A stretch of DNA of 63,980 nucleotides, the filler included, from Reclinomonas americana ATCC 50394 (lineage: Eukaryota): NCBI GenBank assembly GCA_048213135.1. It is 17 parts of 17 records of this genome, joined end to end, with 100 filler letters (N's around TTAATTAATTAA, not from the genome) between each part and the next. Parts side by side here need not be neighbours in the genome. Positions count along the whole stretch, not along the records: positions 1 to 7,854 come from AFZH01020317.1; positions 7,955 to 12,585 come from AFZH01020318.1; positions 12,686 to 15,314 come from AFZH01020319.1; 14 more parts are not named here. One strand, written 5' to 3'. The notes under the pieces were generated by a model. It was not told where the DNA came from. It searched no databases and saw nothing but the letters and a program-made list of their open reading frames with translations. The translations under genes were made by a program, and so were the position numbers. Below, one piece after another: positions 1 to 15,414 of the stretch (the first letter of the stretch is position 1; each line of letters begins with the position of its first letter).

Positions 1-401
1 ATCGATTTCGAATTCTAAACACTTCAAAATCGAACGCAGCTGCAGTTGAATGCCCTGACCGTCACTCTCCCGGCACCACCTTGCATTGTGAACCTCCTGC
101 TCGCCACCTACACAGCAGCAGCTCGCGAACAAGAGCTTGTTGCGTTCGAATCCGATATTGTTCGAATTCACGATTTTTAGATCTTTTCACCCCCAGAGTT
201 CAGCATGCGTCCCCGCCGCCGACGACGAGCGCATAGCAACGCGCGCGTCATACGTGCGCCACCACCACATCACCACAGCGGCAACTTCGCGGCCAGCGGT
301 GAAATTTCACCAACCTTCTCGCAATTAGACACACATAACACACGCGCGCACTTGCGCAACGAGTCGGGGAACACACCCCCCTCTTTCCCTCCCTCCACGA
401 C

Positions 402-2531
402 ATGACCTCCCCTCTACTGCAACTCCTCCGCACACCTCCTCTCACCACCGACGTGGGAGAAAGCCAGTGCGACCGCTTTGGCCAGATCTACGGCTCCGTG
501 TTCTGCACGCTGCATCTGGCGCTCTCCCTGGTGCTCCTGTTGCGCTGGGTCTATGACACACGTCGACTGGCACGCACTCGACAGGCGATCGGTTGGTCGG
601 CGTGGCCCGAGGCACCGTCACCAGCAGTCGCCTCGGCCGCGAGCGCGCAGATGCAACTGGGTTCACTAGCAGCAGCAGCAGCTGCGCGCACACCTACTGC
701 TGGCGGCACTGATGAGAGCGGCGAGGATGATCTCGCACCACTGCCGCGAGCATCACGAGACTGGGCGCGCGCGAGCGGGAAACAGCAGACAACGACAGAT
801 GATAAAATTCCGCTGCAGGATGAGGAGCAGGCTCATCGAGCGTCTCCGTCGTCTCTGGCGCGCAAGACGTCACGAACGTCGACGTACACGACGTCGACCA
901 CGCGCTCCGTGTCGAGCAGTGGACCAGTGGCGTGTGGCATGTTTTTCCGCTGTGGGTTCTATCAGGCGACGACGGCGGTGTGGCTGGTGTCGGCGTTGAG
1001 TGCGCTGGCCTATGGCATCTATCTGTTGCTGCTGGCGTACTGCAGCGGCTGTGGAAGGGCGCTGGAGGACCCGGCCATCTGTGGCTCGTGGACGTCGGCC
1101 GATGTGTACATGGGCACGTATTTCATGGTCGGCATTATCGGCTATGGGAGTCTGCTGACTGCGGCCACGTTGTCGCTGCATGTGAGGTGAGAGTTGATGC
1201 GCGACCATCTTCTGCTGCTGTTGCTGCTGTAGCTGACTCATGCGTGCAGCCTGGCCGTTTCGCGCGTTATTCTCCGCTGGACGTCCCCGGTGTGGCGCTG
1301 GATCCCGAGAATCGCGACCTGGTTGACTGTTCTCTACATCGTTTCGCTCTTTGGCATCTTCCTCATTGTGATTGTGAGAGGCCGAGCGGGCCAGCAACCG
1401 GATACCGTGTCGGCCTGGATTCCGTTGTTGTTTTTGGGCGCTGCGGTGAGTGCATCGACAACAAGAGTGTTTCTGTGGGTGGTGCTAATGCCTTCGCCAC
1501 AGGCTTTCTCGTCTGTCGGTGTGCTCGCCATGATTGTGGCCTCGGTACTGCTGCACCATGCCATCTTTTACAGCGGAGACCGCCTGCGGACGAGGGCACG
1601 TGTCGTTCTGCTAAGGGTGTGTGGTCTATTTTTCGAGGCCTGGTTTGTGTGTGTCTCTCCTCTTTGTTGACCGCGGCGTGTGTGTAGAATGGCGTGTTTG
1701 TCGCCGCACTGGCAGCGTGCGTGGTGATCATCGAGTGTGTCTTTATCAGCGAGTACACGATCGAGGACGCCGACGCCAGCATTGTCAGCATCCCCATTGG
1801 CGTGATGACTGCGTTCTACTGGCTCTTCCATTTTGTCATTCTCGGTATTCTCCGACCGCGAGACCACGCCGCCACTGCAGCGGTCATTGATCGTGGATTC
1901 GACGACATGCTCAAGCACCCCGTGGAGCTGGAGGTTTGTGTGTGCGAGAGAGAGAGAGAGAGCGTGTGTGCTTGTCGCTCGTTGCTCACTGCGCTCGTCT
2001 GCAATGGCGCAGCAATTCACCGCGTACCTCGAGCAGCAGAGTGCCGAAGAGAGCTTGATGTTCATGCTGGATGTGACGAGATTAGAGACCTTGGTGCGTT
2101 GGTGCGCGAGATGGGGGAGGCGGCTTTCCGTTGCCTGCTCACTTTCGCCGTTGCACAGTTGGGGAAGAAGCCTCGTCCGTCGGGAGTTGTCGTTGCCGAG
2201 CAGCTGCGAGGGATTCGCGAGCGCTTCCTGGTGCCGGGCGCGCCTTTGGAATTGAACCTCGCACGCGACGATCGCAGAGTGGCGCTTTCAGGCGCCGAGG
2301 TACGTGCATTGTGTGCGAGTGTGCAGTGGTCGTGGTGGTTTTTCCCTCATTGCCGCCCCACAGCCGCTGCCGGAGAATGCCGAAAACTTTGACGAAATGA
2401 GCCCGGCGGAGATCATGGCCCCGCTGCAGCCGGCTCTGCGCAGCGTCACCTACATGCTGCGAGTCGACACGTTTCCTCGATACCGCAAGGGTCGACAATT
2501 GGGATCGCTGCTGGTGAACTTGGCTCGGTAA
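402..2531 (+). CDS. Seven-transmembrane RGS protein (7TM-RGS, AtRGS1-like architecture), about 7 exons
   Basis: Phase-consistent GT-AG introns (1187-1249, 1446-1502, ~1616-1688, 1934-2012, ~2093-2158, ~2300-2362) give 7 hydrophobic helices. These are followed by RGS motifs: FDDMLKHP, QFTAYLEQQSAEESLMF, IRERFLVPGAPLELNL, MLRVDTFPRY. Confidence 0.88.
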
Positions 2532-2967
2532 TTAATGAACCACGTGTCATCTGTACTCACCGCTCACCTCACCCGGCTGCAAGGCGCTCACGATGCGCTC
2601 CTCCGCCACCTGAAACTCGCGCAATTATGCTACCAATGCCTTCCACCAAAGTCGACAGCCGTGCAAGCTCTTGCCTCATTTGAACGAAGCTGGGCTTTGA
2701 AGCATTTGGAGACGAGTTCCAACGAGCGTCCATCTGCAAAGCAAACTGCATGTTGGCCTGATGCACATGCAGCATGCCGATGAAGTGCATTCTGTTTTTC
2801 GCGATATTGACAACTTTGCAGCCGCTGCTCTCCCTGGTCGTATATGCGAGCGCAGGTACACTGCTTGTTGTCACAGCCGTACCAGCAGCACGATGAAAGA
2901 CAACGAAGTGGCTGTTCCCGTTGTCCTGCAGTGATTCGAAATCACTTTGACCACAACTCAGCACGTC

Positions 2968-5404
2968 ATGGCTTCCTCCTCCGCCCGCACAACAACCACC
3001 GACTCCTCTCCATCGCCACTGCCCAGCGTGCGTCTGCTCAGTCGCAGTGACGTGGAAGGCGACGAGGAACTGCGACGACAACTGATTGACGCGTCGAGTG
3101 GTTTCCCCGACGCATTCGACGACGATGATGATGACGATGATGATGATGTCAGCAGCACTGGGAGTAGCAGTAGTGCAGGTGTGGCTTCGGTGCGGCAGGT
3201 GTCGACTCCCGCTGCACAGGCACAGGCAGCAGCAGCTGCCGCCGATGCAGCGCTGCCAGAGTGGCGACGCAAATCGGTGTCGCCACCTCGCACGAGCACT
3301 GCTGCTGCTGGAGGAGGAGGAGGAGGGACGGCGACGCAGTGGGGACGACCTCGAGTTCAGGTTCGACCTCTCGTCGAGTTTGTGTCAATAGATCTCTTGT
3401 CATGTCGGGTTCCTCTACGACTCTCTCTGCCCGTTCACCTGTTGGGGACCAAGACTTGATCATCTTTTGTCGATCTCTTCGTGGTTTCATCGCTTGACAG
3501 CCCTTCTCCGTGACGTGTTCCTCTCTCCAACTCTCCACTGTTTCGCCCATCTTCTGCCCTGCCGTGTCTCGATCTTTTCTTGGTCACACCGCTCGTCGGG
3601 TCCTTCTCCGTGACGTGTTGCACTCCCGAGTCTTGATCTCCTGCTCAGATCACTTCATGGATTCACTGATCGACAGTCCTGCGTGACCTCTTCCCATGGC
3701 GTGTTCCTCTCCGACTCTCTGCCCATTCACCCATTGGGGTACAAGTCTGCTTTTACTGCCCTGCCGTGTCTCTAGCTCTTCGTGGTTCATCGCTTGACAG
3801 TCCTTCTCCTTCTCCGTGTTCCTCTCTCCCACTCTCCACCGTTTCGCCCTTTGAGGCACGCCAGGCGAGTCTTGATCTTCTGCCCTGCTGTGTCTCGATA
3901 TTTTCTTGTCCTCATGTTTTGCTCATCTGTAATCTTTGCACATCCCTTGCCATTCGTGTGCCACTCGCTCTTCTTCTTTTCGCCACCGTATGCAGCTCAC
4001 TCTGCCTTCCTCACCCACTCCTTCACTCCCTTCGCCCTGTCGCTCATCCCTTTGCCCTCATCTCTCCCTTCCTCCCTCCCCGCAGCGCGCCCATCAAGAC
4101 CCCTCAATCCCCGCATGGCTGTCGGCGTCGGTGCCACCGGAGATGCAGCAGGGCTCACGCTGCCGTGCACAAGAGGAGTTTGTGCAGCAGATCCAGAAGA
4201 CGCAGAAAACGTGGTCGCACCTGCAAAATTCGAGGTATGTGCTGCGGAGCGTGAGCAAGGATCCGAGCAAGACGAGCAAGAGCACTGGTACCAGACAGGA
4301 GGTGTTGGATGACGACGACTTTATGGAGCTGCGACGTGGTGGCCTCGTCAAGTTGCTGTGTTGGTGGGAGTCATTCGTGCACCGAGTGATCGAGGAGGCA
4401 TTCGACGAGCTCGTCCGCTTCGAGGATCCCGACGCCTCGCCCTTTGCCTTGTGCGAGCGCTGGCCCGGCGCCACCGATCGTCTGGCCTGCTACCTGTCCA
4501 CGCTGGGCGCCGGCGGCGACAAGGTGATTCCGCCGGAGCGGCAGATGCAGTTGGTGGCCGAGTTCATTTTGCGCAGTGGCGAGAGGCGAGGCGAGACGCC
4601 GCTGCACCGAGTGCAAGTGGCGTTGCAGGAGCAGATGCGCACCGATCGCTCTCGCACGCTGACATCGCCGCGCGCTCACACGGTCGACAAGGCGTGGATG
4701 AAGGTGTTTGGTAGTTGCGTGAAGAGGGGAGGTCGTCTTCTTTGATGATGGGCTTGCGTCTTACAACTCAATTATCGCGCAGCCAACACGGCACTGTCGT
4801 CGCTGTGGAGTATCAAATTCGTGCGTTGGTGCGCGTGGCGCTTTGGGCAGCGCGGCAACAAGCACCACAGCGAGCTGGCACATGTGGCCATGGGTGCCGC
4901 CACGGCCACGCGCATCCTCAGCTTGTACTACACGGCACGCTGCACGTTTGCACACGGCGTGAACGAGAAGACCGAGTCGGAGGGCTCACTCGGCGAGCAC
5001 TGGAAGGATTTCGAGGCGCACGAGTTCGAGCCGGTGGTTCTTGAGAACCAGCAGCAGCCGCAGGAACCGCCATCCGATTACTTCACCACCAACATTGCCG
5101 AGCAACTCAACGTCTTCCGCTCCAGCCTCATCACTTATGGAGTTGCGTCCTCCCCTTCCGTTTTCTCTCCCCTAGGCCTGTCGCTTCTCACAATTCTACA
5201 ACGCAGGCCAACGCACACGTGCCGCACGGAGTGTTGGTGTCCGCACAGAACTTTTTCATCTCGCTCGGTCATTCCGTGCGCTCCTCCGTGCAGCAGCGCA
5301 TCTACGAGATCACGCAGCGCCGTCTGTGCATCTGGGGCTACCGACCGCCGCCACCACCGCCGTCTGTCGAGGATGATCCGGGTACCGGGGCGCTGTTTGA
5401 CTGA
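2968..5404 (+). CDS. Spliced protein with a disordered acidic N-terminus and a HEPN-like domain (RiboL-PSP/MAE_28990-like pattern)
   Basis: Exons 2968-3360, 4086-4710, ~4783-5141 and 5207-5404 join in frame. Motifs: LVKLLCWWESFVHRVIEEAF, TSPRAHTVDKAWMKVF, ILSLYYTARCTFAHG (R-x4-H at 4938-4955). Confidence 0.65.
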
Positions 5405-5529
5405 GTGCACGGCGACGAGTCTCGGATTGTGTACGCGTTGTTGTATTGGTGAGGGATTGCCGAGGTTGGTGAGCGTCGATTCAGCGTGAGCGCAGCGGGA
5501 GATCGGCTTGGAGAACAAACCATTGCACG

Positions 5530-5720
5530 ATGAGAGACTGCGTCGCTTTGGTGGAAGGCAGAAGTCAGTCGCAGACGCCTAGTTGAAGGTACGGGGACTG
5601 CGCCATTCAGCGGTGGCAAGCAGTTGTCAATAGGCGACGCTTTGTTGAAGGGTTCGAAGACTGCGCCATGCAGTGGTGGCAGGCAGTCGTCCATTGCCGC
5701 GCCTTGCACATGTTGCAGCG
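5530..5720. repeat. Degenerate tandem repeat, ~60-65 bp unit, about 3 copies
   Basis: Recurring gactgcgcca..agtggtggcaggcagt..gacgc..gttgaagg. Confidence 0.6.
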
Positions 5721-6497
5721 CGGGTCATGCAGTGGTGCAAGGCTTCAAGTCAGATTGTCCAAGAAAGGGCAAGTCTAAAATCTTCGGAGGCAAGCCGCGT
5801 GTCGCCTCGCGCTCACCTCCGGCCTGCACATGCTACAGAGGCGCGTCTCCTCTCCTTAGCCGGGACCAATCGCTGCGCTCGGACAGGAGACCGCGCATTG
5901 CCAAAGATGACGCCACGTGGTCTCGACACTCCATTGAAATTTGTACACATTCCGAGATTCTAAAAGTGAGCATGCCACCGAAATCGTCATGACCTTTGCG
6001 CGCAGAAGCGAGCGATGCACCCCCACACACCACACAACGCACAACACGCAGCGCAGTGAGAAAAACAAAGAAACAAAAACAAAAAAATCCCGCGCGCTTG
6101 CCTTTCGCGGTGAGCCGTTTTTCGGACAAATCTGCACACGCGAGCACTGCTGCAAAACACGCTCTCACACTCACTCTCTTGCATCACACGCCACGCGCAC
6201 TCGTGTGTGTGTGTGCAGAAACGCACTCGCGTTCTTACTCTCTCTGCCTGTTATCAGTGCGCGCGCGCGCACTCTTTCTGTTATCCAAACCGCACACATT
6301 TGCATCAGTGACACAACGCGTGCGTGTGAGTGTTCGCGCTCTCTTGCACACACACAGTGCTCTTTCTCACTCACTTTGTTACTCCCTCTCTCTCTCTCTC
6401 TGTGTGTGTGCGCAGTGGGAGAATGTTTGCATACAGTTGCAAAATCCAACCCTCGACCTGGTACCCTCATCATCATCACCGCGCACGTCGCAATTCC

Positions 6498-7682
6498 ATG
6501 CCTCCACCTCCATCAACCGACGAGCAACCGCCTCCTCCCTCAATACAACACCAACAACAACAACACCAACAACAAACAGCGCAAACAACACAACAAACGC
6601 CGACTGTGAATGCGTCATCATCATTACCAATCAGCGACGACAGCGATGAGGTATTACTCCTCCACTCTTCTGGCCATGGTGGCAACAGCGAGCAGGCATT
6701 GTCCGCGACTGTCACGGCGTCGGCGTGCGGGAAAGAGGCGGGAGACGTGGAATCGGGAATGCTTCATCATCGAACGCACAGCAGCAACAGCAGCAATGGC
6801 ATTGGAAGCGTGCTTCCGTCAGGGATTGGCAAGCTGTTTGGTCTGTCGGGATCCACACCATCGTCGTATAAGGTGACGCCAGGCGCCACGCCGACGATTA
6901 CCTTTACGGATTTGAGTGTGGCGTTGGGCTTGTCGGTGAGCGTGCGATGGCTGCTTCGCATGGTGTTGGTTCTGGTGGTGGCGCACTTGGCGCTGCATGT
7001 GGTGCTGTTGTGGACGCCGCCGTCGGTGGAGAGCATGACGTGTGTGGAGCCGGCGGCGTTCTACGATGATGTGGCGAGGAAACGCGTGGCCGTCATTACA
7101 CCGTTGCGTCGATTTCCATCCACTAAGGTGCGGGAAATATAAGAAAAAAAGTCGCTCACCACCACCGTAGGTTCATTGAGCGGCAAGTGGACCGGCTGCT
7201 GTTCAATTGGGATCACTGGAGACATCACCCGCCGTGCACGCCCGGCGAGCCGCTGCATCCGTCGTACCCGAATGTGCCGGTCGACCTCATTCTCTTTTTC
7301 GACTTGACGGAGGAGGAGTTGTCGGCGCCCGGGGGTGCGCGGGAGCGCATCCTCAACGCCACGCAGAACTTCTCGTCGCCGCCAGAGCTGCAGCGGTGCT
7401 TTGCCAGCATCAAGTTCCTCTCGGCCAATTTGACGGCGGAGGAAACCAAGAATCACAATTACCCGCTCACCGACACCTTGCTCGGCCTGATGAATGTGTG
7501 GATTCGCGGCGCCGGTCCGCCCAACCAGTTCTACTCGCTGTTTAGGAATGAGGATCTGCCGGAGGTTTACTCGCACTTTTTCTACATGTGAGTGTGGGGT
7601 GAAAGGGAAAGGGGAAGGGAGGGGGAAAGGGAGGGGAAGGGAGGGGAAAAGGAGAAGGCGAAGGTAGAAAAAGATGGGGGCG

Positions 7683-7735
<53 letters not shown>

Positions 7736-7994
7736 GAGAGGAGGACGACGACGAACGTAGTAGTAAGTAGTGGTGGTGGAGGAGGAAGGAGGAGGAGGAA
7801 GGAAGGAAGTAGAGGAAGGAGGAGAGGAGGAGTACGAGAGGAGGAGTAGTAGGGNNNNNNNNNNNNNNNNNNNNNNNNNNNNNNNNNNNNNNNNNNNNTT
7901 AATTAATTAANNNNNNNNNNNNNNNNNNNNNNNNNNNNNNNNNNNNNNNNNNNNCTACCTTACCGTCCGTCGTCGGTCGGTCGTCGGACGAGTA

Positions 7995-8038
<44 letters not shown>

Positions 8039-9686
8039 AAGAGAGGGGGTCGAGAAGGTGGACACACGGAAACTGTAGAAATGGTGTGGTGAGGAAGAGA
8101 GGGCGAAGAGGGAAAGAATGGAAGGAAGAGGAGCGAGTGCTACAGAGGGAGATGTGGAGAGAGAGAGAGAGGGAGGGGGGGAGGGAGGGCGCAGACGGGA
8201 TGCGTGAGATTGGGGAGGCAAAAGATAGGGAGGAAGAGTGAGAGAACTGAGTAAGCTGGAAGAGGTGAAGAGCGGCCGCGGCTTGTGAGGCAAAAGATAT
8301 TGAAGAAAATTACGCAGCGGGTTAAGGAGGTTGGAGGTTGAGAGCGAGCGGGGCATGGAATGGATTATTAGGTGTAGGAAGGCAAAAGATAGTGGAGGAT
8401 TTACTTGTCGTAAGGGGCAGCATGATTTAGAAGCCGCTGGAAGAGCACTCTTCCGACTCGTTTCTTTTTTGATTACTCTCCTCTTCCTTTCTCTGCTGAC
8501 CGCCCTCTGCCTCGTTTCCTTGCTGACTGCCCTCCTCTTCCTTTCTCTGCTGCCCACTCTCTGCCTCCTTTGTTTGCCGACCGCCCTCCGCCTCCTTTCT
8601 TTGCTGACCGCCCTCCGCCTCCTTTCTTTGCGGACCGCCCTCCGCCACCTTTGTTTGCCGACCGCCCTCCTCTTCCTTTCTCTCTGACCGCTCTCTGCCT
8701 CGTTTCCGTTCCTTGCTGACTGCCCTCTGCCCCCTTTCCTTGCTGACCGCCCTCCTCTTCCTTTCTTTGCTGACCACCCTCCGCCGTCTTTCCACCTCCG
8801 CCTCCTTTCTTTGTTGACCACCCTCTGCCTCCTTTCCTTGCTGACCGCTCTCTGCCACCTTTCCTTGCTGACCGCTCTCTGCATCGTTTCCTTGCTGCCC
8901 ACTCTCTGCCTCGTTTCCTTGCTGCCCACTCTCTGCCTCCTTTCTTTGCTGACCGCTCTCCTCTTCCTTTCTCTCTGACCGCTCTCTGCCTCGTTTCCGT
9001 TCCTTGCTGACCACCCTCTGCCTGCTTTTCTTCTCACCACCCTCTGCCTTCTTTCCACCTCCGCTTCCTTTTTTCTGACCACCCTCCGCCTTCTTTCCTC
9101 TTCCTCCTCCTCCTCCTCCATTCGTTGCTGACCGCCCAACGCTCACACAGGGAGCCCGACACGATGCCGGTGCGACCGAACTGGCTGCACTCGATTGTCA
9201 GCTCGATGGCACTGGCGCCCGGCATGCACACGCAGCAGCACTTTTGGGTCAAGGGCACCAACATGCGGTACGATCCGCCCTTCTACAAGGCCCTCGGTTT
9301 ACCCATGGTGTCCAAGTCCGAGTACTACAATCATGTCAACGGCAATGCCATATATCGGTGCGTGCTCTCTCTCTGTCGCCCTCTCTCTGCGTCTCTCTTG
9401 TTTATTTGTTTGACTGACTCGCGATCATTGCGTGTGCAGGCTGGACTCGCAATGCTTCCGACTATTCCTGTCGGAAGTGCACGAGCACTACACCACGATG
9501 CCATTCGACATTGCGATGCACTATTATCGCGTAAGCAACTACAAGCGGCAGCAGAAGACCGTCTACCGCTTCACGTACACCAACGTGTTGGTGGACATGA
9601 GTGCGCAGAGGTTCGACATCGAGGATCTCGATCCCGAGACGGTGTTGGTGCACGGCAAGTATGCCGCGCTCGCCAAGGGCATTTAG
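6498..9686 (+). CDS. Type II membrane protein, putative GT-A-like glycosyltransferase; spans the 7855 gap
   Basis: N-terminal tail plus one TM helix, then VAVITPFIERQ, CFASIKFLSANL, GPPNQFY, YSHFFYM|EPDTMPVRPNWL, FWVKG, HVNGNAIY, PFDIAM. Exons join in phase across the long 7588-9151 intron. The function is an inference. Confidence 0.7.
7855..7954. other. Artificial assembly gap linker, first of 16; the others start at 12586, 15315, 20536, 22910, 24923, 27023, 32461, 36814, 40279, 48988, 55486, 56994, 59007, 60644 and 62683
   Basis: Identical 100-nt N44-TTAATTAATTAA-N44 blocks with stops in all six frames. True gap size is unknown; PF16 lacks its middle exons at the 36814 gap. Confidence 0.98.
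8490..9115. repeat. Intronic pyrimidine-rich minisatellite (~30-33 bp unit)
   Basis: About 18 variants of ctttc(c/t)ttgctgaccgc(c/t)ctc(t/c)gcctc. Confidence 0.9.
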
Positions 9687-9912
9687 TTTGTGTTTTCTTT
9701 TTCGTGTTAACCCCTGGTGGTCGTTTTTTTAAGTATTTCTGGGACGGGCAAGGTTGTGTGCGTGATGTTTGCGGTTTGTGCTGCGCCATGGCTTTTCTGG
9801 TGGGCGACAATGTCTCCCTCCGGCCCCTCCTTCTTTGTGCGTGTGCGTGTGCGTGTTTGTTTAACGAGTGAGAGTGAGAAAGAAGCAACGTGTGTTTGGT
9901 GTGGTGAGGATA

Positions 9913-10152
9913 ATTTCATAAAGTTCGAGCGTTGGTGATCGGAGGGGGAAGGAGGGAGAGAGGGAGAGAAAGGAGGACTGAGAGACAAGGGTAGGAGAGA
10001 ACAGGCGCGTGGATTCACCTGCTGTGAAGGCATGCAACGCTTTCATAAAGTTCGAGCGTTGGTGATCAGAGGGGGAAGGGTGGAGAAAGAGGGAGGGGGG
10101 GAGGACGAGACAAGGGTAGGAGAGAACAGGCGCATGGATTCGCCTGCTGTGC
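9913..10152. repeat. Direct duplication, ~128 bp x2
   Basis: tttcataaagttcgagcgttggtgatc...gagacaagggtaggagagaacaggcgc occurs twice. Confidence 0.85.
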
Positions 10153-10545
10153 GACGCGAGAGTTGCGTGCTGAAGGCATGCAACGCGTCGACACTGGCTT
10201 CGTGGTTGACGAGCATGCTACCGAGACACCACGGTGGTCCACGTCGTCAGCTCTGCAACAATAGAGGTCGAAATACTGGCGACGTGCCTGCTAACACGGT
10301 TTTGGGAAGGTGAAGGAGAGGCACTTGTTGACCATGAGAACGCACGATGCGAGGAAGGAGCGTTCGTTACATCACCACGTACTGCGTGACGGAAAACGGC
10401 GCTGAGGCTCGAGGTGCCAGAGCACGTGCTCTCGTATCCGCTGGTCTGCAAAAAGATGCGTCACATGCTCGAGACACCCCCCGCCTTCCCCCTTGCCCCC
10501 CCATTCCCTTTCCCCTTTCGTACACAAAAATCGTCTAAATTGTCT

Positions 10546-13189
<2,644 letters not shown>

Positions 13190-14095
13190 TCGTTGGAGGG
13201 AGGGAGGGAGACGCGCGCTCACAGCTGGAAAGCTGCGCGATGATTGGAGAGGAGGACGAACACTGCTTGCAAGTTCGTTTTGCTTCCTTCTCTCAAGCGC
13301 GTGCTGTGACTGCTTGTGGTGTGCATCACTGCAGTGTGGTGATGGTGGTGCAGGCAGTGCTGTTGGACTTGTCGACGTTTCATTGTACTCGCGTGTTCGC
13401 CATCGATATCGCGAGAGTGGCACCATGGCGGGAATGCGATGCAGTGCCCAGGAGCAGGCCACGGCGAAGATGAGGCAGAGGTTGGAGTTGAGAAGGTGCT
13501 CCATCTGTTGGTGGGAGACGCGCGCTCACAGCTGGAAAGCTGCGCGATGATTGGAGGACGAACACTGCTTGCAAGTTGTTTTGCTTCTTTCTCTCAAGCG
13601 CGTGCTGTGAATGCTTGTGGTGTGCATCACTGCAGTGTGGTGATGGTGGTGCAGGCAGTGCTGTTGGACTTGTCGACGTTTCATTGTACTCGCGTGTTCG
13701 CCATCAATATCGCGAGAGAGGCACCATGGCGGGAATGCGATGCAGTGCCCAGGAACAGGCCACGGCGAAGATGAGGCAGAGGTTGGAGTTGAGAAGGTGC
13801 TCCATCTGTTGGTGAGGGAGGGAGGGAGAGACGCGCGCTCACAGCTGGAAAGCTGCGCGATTGGTGGAGGACGAACACCAGAACTGCTTGCAAGTTCGTT
13901 TTGCTTCCTTCACTCAAGCGCGTGCTGTGACTGCTTGTGGTGTGCATCACTGCAGTGTGGTGGTGTCTGTTGATGGTGGTGCAGGCAGTGCTGTTGGTGT
14001 TGCCGACGCGCACGATCATCGTCGATCGCGACGTCGACGTCGTTTTCTCGCATGCATTTGATTGGCACAGCTTGCGATGGAGAAGCGCACACAGA

Positions 14096-15308
14096 ATGGA
14101 TCAACCTGCAGTGGCGACGACTTTGACAGTTGCACTCTGTGTCGCTGATGCATGTGTGGTGCTCACAAAAACAAGTGCAGAACCATCGACTCGGTCCTTC
14201 GTTGTCAGGACTCCGACTCGCGACTGCCACCATGGGCCGCAGACGCACACTCCCTCGCCGGGGCTTCCTGTCCATCTTCGCGTGCAAGTACTTTCGCGGC
14301 AGCGCTGGCGTGAACTCCCTCACCGTCACTCCCGATGGTCTGCACATCGTGGGTGGGAACCACGAGAAAACGGTTCGAGTGTGGTCGCTGGCCAGTGGAG
14401 ACGAAGTGCGCGTATTCGAGGGACACGCTTCTGTGGTGCTGTCTGCCGCCGTGACTCCCGACGGGCAGCACATTGTCAGTGGCAGTCCCGACACAACAGT
14501 GCGGGTGTGGTCACTGACGAGTGGCGAGGAAGTGCGACAAGTTATTGTCGGACACACTGCACTATGCGTGGCCATTACTCCCGATGGACATCACGCTGTC
14601 AGTGCGGGTTACGACAAGACAGTGCGCGTGTGGTCGCTCGCCACTGGAGAGGAAGTGCGTCGGTTGGAGGGGCACGCAGAGGCGGTGAACTCAGTTGCCG
14701 TCACTCCCGATGGACATCACGTGGTGAGCGGGAGTGACGACAACACAGTGCGAGTGTGGTCACTTGCGAGTGGCGAGGAAGTGCGAAGGATGAATGGCCA
14801 CGCGCGTGCGGTGAACTCAGTTGCCGTCACTCCTGATGGTAATCACGTGGTGAGCGGCAGTGACGACCACTCGGTGCGAGTGTGGTCGCTGGCGAGTGGC
14901 GAAGAGCTTAAACGGATGCAGAAGTACGCTGCGAAGGTGCGGTCGATCGCCGCCACTCCCGACGGTCGGCACGTTGTGAGTGCGAGCGACCTTGAAATGA
15001 CAGTGCTAGTGTGGTCACTGGCGAGCGGTGAAGTAGTCCACCGACTTGAGGTATTTCATCTTGCCTCGGTGCAAGCTGTTGCCGTCTCTCCCGATGGTCA
15101 GCATATCGTGCTTGGGTGGAGCGATGGCATCGTACACGGCCAAGTGCGTCCAAACTGTCCGACGTTGGGAAGAGTTTCACCAACCGTTGGCCGACTGACT
15201 CCCGATTCCTGGGCGCCTCATGTCCTGTATAAGGCAGAAATCTCGGTAAATCGTCGGCAAATCTCACATAGACGTCGATACGACAGCGTTTGGCCAACAT
15301 TAGTTTAG
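14096..15308 (+). CDS. Stand-alone WD40 protein (7 repeats, same repeat family as the NACHT gene); last repeat interrupted
   Basis: Repeats of EGH..AVNSVAVTPDG.HVVSGS.D.TVRVWSLASGEEVRR from ~14300 to 15135. Probable small first exon 14096-14128. Unrelated sequence follows WSDGIV. Confidence 0.85.
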
Positions 15309-15414
15309 AACGTTNNNNNNNNNNNNNNNNNNNNNNNNNNNNNNNNNNNNNNNNNNNNTTAATTAATTAANNNNNNNNNNNNNNNNNNNNNNNNNNNNNN
15401 NNNNNNNNNNNNNN

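Noticed and set aside
7899..7910. Recurrent TTAATTAATTAA palindrome and 'LIN' ORF ends
   Set aside because: Artificial linker inside N runs, not biological.
7955..9146. Long ORFs over the minisatellite; likewise ORFs at 48223-49043, 57654-58865 and 61177-62354
   Set aside because: Stop-poor low-complexity intronic sequence rather than real proteins, apart from small embedded exons.
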